Positions 16,387-23,407 of a DNA stretch of 25,334 nucleotides are shown here, piece after piece. Source of the stretch: an uncultured bacterium (GTDB lineage: Bacteria > Planctomycetota > UBA1135); the NCBI GenBank assembly GCA_963934925.1, contig CAWWAN010000001.1, forward strand, positions 1 to 25,334. Direction: 5' to 3'. The position numbers and the translations under genes are program-made. The notes below the pieces were generated by a model, which worked only from the letters and a program-made list of their open reading frames with translations, was not told the DNA's origin and did not search any database. How positions within the stretch are numbered: position 1 is the stretch's first letter; each line of letters starts with the position of its first letter.

Positions 16387-17935
16387 GGGGCTGCTGCGCC
16401 TGAATTATGGGCTCGCCAACAGGCACCTTGATGTCATCTTCCCACTCAATCGCGTGCCCCATTTGCATGAGCGTCGTGGTATCGCGCTTCATGGCAGCCG
16501 CAAGCGAAGTATGGGCGCGAATAAATACTTTATGCGCGCCTTCGAGAGAGCGTAACTTGCGTAGAACACGGAACTTACCGGCCTCAATCTGTGCCCAATG
16601 GCCTGCGCCGGCGCACGAGCGGCATGGCACCGACATCGGTCGCAAAGGCCCGTTCCCCGTGCGGCGTCGCGTAAACGACATCAAACCGAAAGAGCCTATA
16701 CGGCCGCACTTCATTCTAGCGCGGTCATTCATCAATTCGTCACGCAAGGTGACCTCCACTTCCCGGCGATGAGCAGAGCTGCGCATATCGATAAAATCAA
16801 CAACGATAATTCCGCCGAGGTCGCGCAAACGAGCTTGGCGGGAAATCTCTTTCGCAGCCAGCATATTCGTTTCAAAGGCAGTGTCTTCAAGGTTACTTGC
16901 ATCGAGACGCCCAGAGTTAACGTCGATAGCAACCAAAGCCTCGGTCTGCTGAATAACCAAAGACGCGCCTTTGCCTAAAGGCACCTTTTGGCGGAACAAA
17001 CGTTGATACTTATCTTCCAGTGCAAAACTTTCGAATAGCGGCATCGACTTAGAATGCAAACTAAGTTCGACTCGAGCGCCAGTTGCGCCCTTCTCTTTCA
17101 GAAACACCTCAACTAAATCAAAAATATCTTTGTCGTCAACAACAATTTCTTCAAGGCCGCCATGAAACAGTTCGCGCACCGCGCGAACTGCTGGAGGCTC
17201 TTCAGCAAGCACCAAAGCTGGACACTCGATCTTTTCAGCTTTTTCAAGTAAACCTTGCCAGCGCTGTTCGAGACGGCGGAAGTCGGCGCGAAGAACTTTT
17301 TTGGGCTCGTGCATTGCTGCGGTGCGCGCGATAACAGGCAGCGGTGAATCCGCAACAATGTCGGACAAATCATCGCGTAAACGTTGACGCTCTGTTTCGT
17401 CTTCGATACGACGACTCACCCCAATGCGGTCTAATGACGGCATCAACACCACAAAGGAACCGGCCAGCGAAACGTATGTCGACAGGGTCGCACCTTTAGT
17501 GCCTACTGGATCGCGCAACACTTGCACCAACAACTTACGCCCGACATAAACAAAATCATTTATTTTGTCTGGGTTGTCGGGCAGTTCTTGCTCGACATCT
17601 TCATCATCCGAAGTCAGCACGCCCGCATGATCCTCTTCTGGACGCACTTCAATCTGTCGCATCAAGTCAACGGCAGACAACTCGAAATTATTCGCAGCAG
17701 GATGAATGTTACCAAGGTGCAGAAAACCCACTTTACGGTCGTCAAAGCTTACGAAAGCAGCGTCAAGCCCTTCTTCGACACGCGTCACTTCAGCTAGGTA
17801 AATATTCCCGACAATAGACTGCTGGTCAGGACGCGATGTGCGCGCATCGATCAATTCCCCATCGCCAACACCTATCACCCGCACCTCTTCTGGATCGCGA
17901 GTGTTTACAAACAGCTTGTTGCCATTAATCGCCAT
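16379..17935 (-). CDS. rng: Ribonuclease, Rne/Rng family (RNase G-sized, no long C-terminal scaffold)
   Basis: S1 domain (GNIY..EVTRVEEGLDAAFV, GFLH), KGATLSTYVSLAG, AIDVNSG, RLRDLGGIIVVDFIDM, and CRSCAGAG Zn-link. Confidence 0.92.
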   Translation of the reverse strand: MAINGNKLFVNTRDPEEVRVIGVGDGELIDARTSRPDQQSIVGNIYLAEVTRVEEGLDAAFVSFDDRKVGFLHLGNIHPAANNFELSAVDLMRQIEVRPEEDHAGVLTSDDEDVEQELPDNPDKINDFVYVGRKLLVQVLRDPVGTKGATLSTYVSLAGSFVVLMPSLDRIGVSRRIEDETERQRLRDDLSDIVADSPLPVIARTAAMHEPKKVLRADFRRLEQRWQGLLEKAEKIECPALVLAEEPPAVRAVRELFHGGLEEIVVDDKDIFDLVEVFLKEKGATGARVELSLHSKSMPLFESFALEDKYQRLFRQKVPLGKGASLVIQQTEALVAIDVNSGRLDASNLEDTAFETNMLAAKEISRQARLRDLGGIIVVDFIDMRSSAHRREVEVTLRDELMNDRARMKCGRIGSFGLMSFTRRRTGNGPLRPMSVPCRSCAGAGHWAQIEAGKFRVLRKLRSLEGAHKVFIRAHTSLAAAMKRDTTTLMQMGHAIEWEDDIKVPVGEPIIQAQQPLA

Positions 17936-18209
17936 TAGGTTCTTTATTGCTAGTGTCTTCTATGAAATCCGCAATTGCGTCAACAGCCTCTTCAGCATCG
18001 ACACCCTCGCCACGTAATTCTATCATCGAACCAAACGGTGCGCCCAAAGTCATCACGGATAGAATGCTCTTAGAGTCAGCATTGCGCCCATCAAAATATA
18101 GACGGACACTGGCATTAAACTCGACTGCCAAACTCACGAGGGCATGACTAGGCCGAGCATGAATGCCGTCAGCTATTGCCACCGTCGCCTGGCGCACGAT
18201 GGTAGTCAT
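17925..18209 (-). CDS. ptsH: Phosphocarrier protein HPr/NPr
   Basis: GIHARP (active His) and ADSKSILSVMTLG (regulatory Ser). Confidence 0.93.
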   Translation of the reverse strand: MTTIVRQATVAIADGIHARPSHALVSLAVEFNASVRLYFDGRNADSKSILSVMTLGAPFGSMIELRGEGVDAEEAVDAIADFIEDTSNKEPNGD

Positions 18210-18213
18210 TCGA

Positions 18214-18675
18214 TTACGCTTCAGCTAATTCCGACAGCAAGTCAATAACTTGCGCAGAATCAGAAGCCTGACACGCGAAAGACACGAAATCTTCGTGCTT
18301 GGCAAGCGAAGCAACCCAGCGCAACAAATCGAGATGATCTTCAGCACCATCGGCAGGACGCAAAATTGAGAAGAACACATGGACGTCTTCGGCGTCTAGC
18401 GCATTAAAGTCGATGCCGTCTTGATGAATAGCAATTACGACGGAAACGTCGTCGAGGCCATCAAGCTTAACATGTGGGATACCAACGCCAGAAGCGCCTG
18501 TAGATCCTTCAGCTTCGCGTGACCGTAGAGTCTCGAGAATCTCGTCTTTGCGCTCAGCCAAAGAGGGAGTGCTAGCAATATGCGCATCAGTCAAACTGGC
18601 TAATGCTGAATCTGAATCAAATGCCTCTAAGTTGAGGACAATGCTTTCAGGCTTAAAGAGTTCTACGAAGTTCAT
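18214..18675 (-). CDS. ptsN: PTS EIIA component (Ntr/fructose-mannitol family)
   Basis: REAEGSTG...VGIPH motif; position between hpf and HPr. Confidence 0.8.
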   Translation of the reverse strand: MNFVELFKPESIVLNLEAFDSDSALASLTDAHIASTPSLAERKDEILETLRSREAEGSTGASGVGIPHVKLDGLDDVSVVIAIHQDGIDFNALDAEDVHVFFSILRPADGAEDHLDLLRWVASLAKHEDFVSFACQASDSAQVIDLLSELAEA

Positions 18676-19040
18676 GCTTGGTCGTTATTGGTATCAGAAG
18701 GCGCATTAGGGTCAATTGATGCGCGGTACAAAGTTTCTTCGTGGCGACGAGACTTTGCGGAATGCTTTTCTTTGTACTTGATGATCTGAACCTTCGCTTT
18801 GTCGACCACATTATCGATTGCCGTGCGGGCATCAGCACAAGAATCTTTTGCGACAAAAGGCTTGCCACTATGGCGATGCAGAATCAATTCACAAGTCGTC
18901 TCACCATGTTCGACATCAAAGACTATTTCGCCAGATTCGAAGTGCTCTCCAAAACGCTCAAGACTTAGCACATGCACAGCAGTATGGTCTTGGAGGCTTT
19001 TAGGGAAGTCGCTATGGCGACAGGTGATGGAGATTTTCAT
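18672..19040 (-). CDS. hpf: Ribosome hibernation factor HPF/RaiA family
   Basis: MKISITCRH...AID..VDK...QI.KYKEK pattern; position directly before EIIA. Confidence 0.85.
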   Translation of the reverse strand: MKISITCRHSDFPKSLQDHTAVHVLSLERFGEHFESGEIVFDVEHGETTCELILHRHSGKPFVAKDSCADARTAIDNVVDKAKVQIIKYKEKHSAKSRRHEETLYRASIDPNAPSDTNNDQA

Positions 19041-19046
19041 GCTGAC

Positions 19047-19862
19047 TTAGGCGTTCGGGGTTTGCCTAGGATACCTTAGCGGAGACGGCTTGTGAAGTTC
19101 CGAGAACGGTTCTTCTGAATAATGCACCCTGTATAAGGTCAAACCTTTAGCGGCCGCGGTCGCTCCAGCCAGATTCCTATCACAGGCCTGCAACAATTCT
19201 TTGATCCAGATGGGTTCTTGGCGACCGCGACCCACCTCAATCAAACTACCGACCATATTCCTGACCATTTTGTAGAGAAAGCCTGTCCCACGCACATGGA
19301 TAACAATTCGATTACGTTGGCATCGAATATGCACATTTGTCACAGTTCGGATTGTCGTCGAAGTCGTGCGCCTTGAAGCGGCAAATGATTCGTAATCGTG
19401 CGTACCGATGAAATACTCGCAAGCCTCACGCATGGCTGCAATATTTAACTGCTGAGGCACCCACTCACAAGTCAAGTTGTCCAAGACCGGTGGCGTTGAG
19501 CCCGTGGCGATGCGGTAAATATAATGCTTCAATTGCGCAGACTCGCTGGAATGAAACGCGCTATCCATCTCGACTGATTCACGAATGACTAAGTCTTCTC
19601 CAAATTTTGAATTTAAAGCGCTACCAATACGTTCGGCAGCAAAGCCCATCGTAGTGTGGAAATGCACTACCTGCCCATGAGCATGAACGCCCGCGTCCGT
19701 GCGCCCGCTGGCTAACATATTTACGCTTTCGCCACTTAGTTCAGACCATGCCGCCTCGAGTTCGCCCTGCACAGTACGGCACTGCGGCTGTTTAGCATAA
19801 CCCCTGAACGGCATTCCTAGATACGAAACCAACAAAGCAATAGTGCGGACGCTTTCGCTCAT
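19047..19862 (-). CDS. truA: tRNA pseudouridine(38-40) synthase
   Basis: SGRTDAGVHA, GTHDY.SF, GTGFLYKMVR..VG, A..GLTL. Confidence 0.96.
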   Translation of the reverse strand: MSESVRTIALLVSYLGMPFRGYAKQPQCRTVQGELEAAWSELSGESVNMLASGRTDAGVHAHGQVVHFHTTMGFAAERIGSALNSKFGEDLVIRESVEMDSAFHSSESAQLKHYIYRIATGSTPPVLDNLTCEWVPQQLNIAAMREACEYFIGTHDYESFAASRRTTSTTIRTVTNVHIRCQRNRIVIHVRGTGFLYKMVRNMVGSLIEVGRGRQEPIWIKELLQACDRNLAGATAAAKGLTLYRVHYSEEPFSELHKPSPLRYPRQTPNA

Positions 19863-20465
19863 TTAGCTGTCAAGTTTGCGGCGCCCACCATAAGCATCGG
19901 CAAGGATGTCGCCGTGCAAGTACTCGAGGCGCGCACCAACGGGTAGGCCGCGAGCAAGTCGCGTAATGATGACATCCGCGCCGTCTAAAGTTTCTATTAC
20001 TTTGAGTGCTGCCCCTTCACCTTCACGATCAGGTGCAGTCGCCAACACGACTTCTGTTATTTCTTGGTTGTCGACGCGGCGGCGCAATTCACGCAAGGCG
20101 AAATCGTCTGGAGTGGCGCCCTCCCGCGGTGCAAAGCCTTCGAGCAAGACGTGGTACAAACCTAAATGCGCGCCTGAGCTTTCAAGCTTCTCAACTTCGC
20201 GCGGACCTTCAACCACACAGACTATTCCTGTTGTGCGTGATGCGTCGCTGCAAATCGAGCATGGCGAGCGCAAAGTAATATTCAAACATTTTTCACAGCG
20301 CTGAGTTTCCATGCGTGCGTCACGCAATGCCATCGCTAAACTTGCCACATCATCAGGTGTTGAGCGCAAAACATGCAATGCCATACGCTCGGCTGACCGC
20401 GCACCCACGCCCGGAAATTTTTCAAGGGCGTTAATTAATCGCTCGAGTGGTTCGGGAAACGCCAC
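19863..20465 (-). CDS. recR: Recombination mediator RecR
   Basis: FPGVG.RSAERMA, C4 zinc finger CEKC...CSIC, Toprim region (VVE, LYHVL, RLARGLPVG..LEY). Confidence 0.95.
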   Translation of the reverse strand: MAFPEPLERLINALEKFPGVGARSAERMALHVLRSTPDDVASLAMALRDARMETQRCEKCLNITLRSPCSICSDASRTTGIVCVVEGPREVEKLESSGAHLGLYHVLLEGFAPREGATPDDFALRELRRRVDNQEITEVVLATAPDREGEGAALKVIETLDGADVIITRLARGLPVGARLEYLHGDILADAYGGRRKLDS

Positions 20466-20803
20466 TACATTCCTGGCATGCCTGGCATACCTGGCAGGCC
20501 CATGCCCCCAGTGACGCCTTTCATCGAGTCTGCAGAGTCGACAGTTATTTGTTGCAATACATCTTTAACAGCAACAGCCACCAGGTCTTCAAGCATTTCG
20601 ACATCGTCGGCGTCGACCACTTCAGGGTTGATAGTAATATTTTTGAATTCGTAAGCTCCGGTAATGGTAACCACGACGGCACCACCTCCGGCTTTACCCT
20701 CATAAATTTTGTCAGCAAGTTTGTTTTGCATCTCTGCAACTTCTTTTTGCATCTTCTTCGCTTGACGGAGTAAACCGCCCAAATCGCCTAAGCTTCCTGC
20801 CAT
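20465..20803 (-). CDS. ybaB: YbaB/EbfC family nucleoid-associated protein
   Basis: QAKKMQ, GKAGGG.V.V, D.EMLEDLV; position between dnaX and recR. Confidence 0.95.
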   Translation of the reverse strand: MAGSLGDLGGLLRQAKKMQKEVAEMQNKLADKIYEGKAGGGAVVVTITGAYEFKNITINPEVVDADDVEMLEDLVAVAVKDVLQQITVDSADSMKGVTGGMGLPGMPGMPGM

Positions 20804-20810
20804 GATTATT

Positions 20811-22376
20811 CTATTCGTGTTGCCCGTCGAATTCTTGCACTAGACTTTCAACGGTAGGGTTAACGGTGACTTTTGGTGGAACTTTAAATGCTAGGCGCCA
20901 TGGTAGTGGCGAGAATGAAAGTTCACGTAAAGCGTGCTGTTCGACGGGGTCTTCGAGCACGCTTAAATCGGCGCCATGCGCTTGCCGCAATGTCACAATG
21001 ACTTCAGACCCCGTGATATCGGAGCTCACCAAGTAATTTTTTATGATTGACGCCAAAGTCGGACGGACTTTGCCGAGTTGCTCAAGCATTTGATTGAAAT
21101 TCATCGCGGCTGTTTGCTCGGCGACTGGCTCCGGCTTCGCTTCTGCGACTGGCGCGACTACAGGCGTTACAACCGGTGCTGCGGGGGCAATTGCCTTACG
21201 TGCAGCAGGAGCGGCAGCGGGCGCGCTCGTGACTCCGCCGTTATTCAGCAGATTCGCCAAGTCAAAGAACTGATTAATACGCGCAGCACGCAACATGGTG
21301 TATTCAAGTAATGCACGCGCACCAAGTGGGCTGCGCTGAATCCGGCTCTCAAGGCTAAAAATCATACCCATGATGCCTTCCATGCGGTCGCGGCCAAGAG
21401 TTCGCGCTAACTCTATCATTTGCTGCTTACGCTCAGGAGAAGGCTCGACACCGAGGCTGTCTTCTCCGAGCAGAGCAACGTGCAATAAATCACGCAGCGC
21501 ATCAACCGATTGCTCGACGAAATCACGTTCGGTGCCACCCACTTCGAGGAAGCCAGCAATTTCGAGCAATATCACTCTGGCATCGTCATTAGCCACAGCT
21601 TCGAACAAGCGCAACCAACGCTCGGGACGCGCCAAGCCAGACAAACTTTCGAGGTCGTCCAAACTTAATTCGCCATCTGCGGTAGACAACAATTGATCAA
21701 GCATAGACTCGGCATCGCGCATGCCACCACGGCATCCGCGGGCGATTGCAGCCAACACTTCGGATGGCACCGTCACACCCTCTTGGTTACAAACGAATTG
21801 CAGTTTGGCCTGGACATCGACTTCGCGAATGCGACGAAACTCAAAAATCTGACAGCGCGAAACAATGGTGTCGGGGATTTTGTGCGGGTCGGTGGTGGCG
21901 AATAAAAACATCGCGTGCGCCGGCGGTTCTTCTAATGTTTTCAGCAAAGCGTCAAAAGCTTGTCCTGATAAACGCTGCACCTCGTCGATGATATAAATTT
22001 TACGACGATTGCGAATCGGGTGAGTTTGCACCGCATCGCGAATGCCACGGACATCATCCACGCCGTTGTTTGACGCCCCGTCAATCTCGATAACATCAAT
22101 GTCGCTACCGCGTTCAATGTCGACGCACGGGGCGCATTCGAGGCACGGCTCTACCGACGGTCCGTTAGCACAGTTCATCGACTTGGCGATGATACGTGCT
22201 GTGGTCGTTTTACCGACGCCACGCGGGCCCACGAGAATGTATGCCTGCCCTACCCGTTCCTTAGCAATTGCTGCACTCAATGCGCGCACGATGTGATCTT
22301 GGCCGATGACTTCGGCGAAGCTACGAGGGCGATATTTACGCGCGAATACGCGGTAGGACTGAGCGGGTGATGTCAC
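20811..22376 (-). CDS. dnaX: DNA polymerase III subunit gamma/tau
   Basis: ARKYRP, GPRGVGKTT, EIDGASNNGVDD, IIDEV, LLKTLEEPP, SRCQ. GTG start. Confidence 0.97.
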   Translation of the reverse strand: MTSPAQSYRVFARKYRPRSFAEVIGQDHIVRALSAAIAKERVGQAYILVGPRGVGKTTTARIIAKSMNCANGPSVEPCLECAPCVDIERGSDIDVIEIDGASNNGVDDVRGIRDAVQTHPIRNRRKIYIIDEVQRLSGQAFDALLKTLEEPPAHAMFLFATTDPHKIPDTIVSRCQIFEFRRIREVDVQAKLQFVCNQEGVTVPSEVLAAIARGCRGGMRDAESMLDQLLSTADGELSLDDLESLSGLARPERWLRLFEAVANDDARVILLEIAGFLEVGGTERDFVEQSVDALRDLLHVALLGEDSLGVEPSPERKQQMIELARTLGRDRMEGIMGMIFSLESRIQRSPLGARALLEYTMLRAARINQFFDLANLLNNGGVTSAPAAAPAARKAIAPAAPVVTPVVAPVAEAKPEPVAEQTAAMNFNQMLEQLGKVRPTLASIIKNYLVSSDITGSEVIVTLRQAHGADLSVLEDPVEQHALRELSFSPLPWRLAFKVPPKVTVNPTVESLVQEFDGQHE

Positions 22377-22420
22377 AAGAATATACTAACAGTTTGCGAC
22401 GCTCACCACAGGGCAAGAAA

Positions 22421-22541
22421 CTAGAAACCGGAGACCCGAACATTCGCGGCACCCGATGAATGATGCTTAGAGCTGCTCCATTCCTGGCCTGACCCGGTTC
22501 ACTTCAGCATCGCTGCGCGAGGCCGAGCCCCCGGCTTCTAG
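22421..22541 (-). ncRNA. ffs: Signal recognition particle RNA (small bacterial type)
   Basis: Conserved core GTGAACCGGGTCAGGCCAGGAATGGAGCAGC. The ends CTAGAAGCCGGGGGCTCG and CGGGTCTCCGGTTTCTAG can form an 18-bp closing stem including G-U pairs. Typical position upstream of dnaX. Mature ends are approximate. Confidence 0.88.
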
Positions 22542-22562
22542 AGTATTGTATTGTAAAGGAAT

Positions 22563-22650
<88 letters not shown>

Positions 22651-22663
22651 ATTATGGCGCAAA

Positions 22664-22692
22664 AGGATAGCGTTGCGCACGGTTTTAGTGAT
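22664..22692 (-). promoter_or_regulatory. Candidate sigma70-type promoter for tRNA-Ser/ffs
   Basis: ATCACT (weak -35), 17-nt spacer, TATCCT, then TTTGCGCC. It shares a 16/19-nt segment, in the same register, with the tRNA-Arg promoter. Confidence 0.5.
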
Positions 22693-23186
22693 TACTTTTT
22701 CCGTTTAGCTTGAAAAAACTCGCGCAACATTATGGCAGATTGCTCAGCCATCAATCCACCGTCATACTCTACGCTGTGGTTCAGCCCTGGCAAGTCGAAC
22801 AACTGCGCCAACGACTCTACACCACCGAACTTAGGGTCGCTCGCCGCATAAACCACCCGCCCAATACGAGCATGCATGATTGCCCCACAACACTGAATAC
22901 ATGGCTCTAGAGTGCAGTACAACTCGGCATCAACCAAGCGTTTATCACCCGTGGACGCCATCGCCTGAGTAATAGCAAGCATTTCGGCATGTGCAGTAGC
23001 ATCAGCCAGCGCTTCTACTTGATTTGCGCCGCGTCCGAGTATTCGGTTACCTCGCACAATGATGGCTCCAACAGGCACTTCGTCCTTGCGAGCGGCAGCC
23101 TCGGCTTGCTTGAAAGCGAGCTCCATTATCATGGAATCACGCTCTTGTGGTGATTCTGGCTGACGTAAAGGAAACAGCAGAGTCAT
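22692..23186 (-). CDS. tadA: tRNA adenosine(34) deaminase
   Basis: EVPVGAIIV, HAE, TLEPCIQCCGA, DPKFG. Start moved to the ATG at 23186 because the track ORF runs through the tRNA-Arg gene. Confidence 0.95.
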   Translation of the reverse strand: MTLLFPLRQPESPQERDSMIMELAFKQAEAAARKDEVPVGAIIVRGNRILGRGANQVEALADATAHAEMLAITQAMASTGDKRLVDAELYCTLEPCIQCCGAIMHARIGRVVYAASDPKFGGVESLAQLFDLPGLNHSVEYDGGLMAEQSAIMLREFFQAKRKK

Positions 23187-23208
23187 TGGCCATGTGACGA
23201 AAATAAAA

Positions 23209-23285
23209 TGGTGCGCCCGGGAGGATTCGAACCCCCAACCTCCTGATCCGTAGTCAGGTGCTCTATCCAGTTGAGCTACGGGCGC
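23209..23285 (-). tRNA. tRNA-Arg (ACG), CCA encoded
   Basis: GCGCCCGTAGCTCAACTGGATAGAGC; anticodon arm CCTGA-CTACGGA-TCAGG; GGTTCGAATCC; ends CGGGCGCACCA; 77 nt. Confidence 0.97.
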
Positions 23286-23295
23286 TTGGGCGGAA

Positions 23296-23324
23296 ATTAC
23301 AACGTTGCGCACTAATTTAGTCAA
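23296..23324 (-). promoter_or_regulatory. Sigma70-type promoter for tRNA-Arg/tadA
   Basis: TTGACT (23324-23319), 17-nt spacer, TGTAAT (23301-23296), then a GC-rich discriminator TTCCGCCC. An AT-rich tract lies upstream of the -35. Confidence 0.7.
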
Positions 23325-23407
23325 TGTTTGTTTACCTAAACTTATTTATCAACAATCCCCTTTTTCCCTAGTTAAATTTCTGAAGAAGCTATATTCTGAC
23401 TATCTAA

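Noticed and set aside
16079-16978. Plus-strand ORFs of 121-158 aa
   Set aside because: They lie antisense to rplU and the ribonuclease gene and show no recognisable motifs. The same applies to the other short shadow ORFs in the track.
20468-20497. CCTGGCA repeated three times with a 9-nt period
   Set aside because: It encodes the low-complexity PGM-PGM-PGM tail of YbaB. It is too short and has no spacers, so it is not a CRISPR array or mobile repeat.
20811-22376. Programmed frameshift producing the gamma subunit
   Set aside because: I found no A-AAA-AAG or long T slippage tract. The A6 run near 21037-21042 lacks the G.
22386-22416. TTGCCC...CGTCGC-AAACTGT upstream of dnaX, resembling the rplU promoter
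   Set aside because: The spacing to a -10 would be 14-15 nt, which is non-canonical. Probably chance.
23187-23324. 46-codon N-terminal extension of tadA in the ORF track
   Set aside because: It reads through the tRNA-Arg gene and starts in the -35 box. Homology starts near the ATG at 23186.
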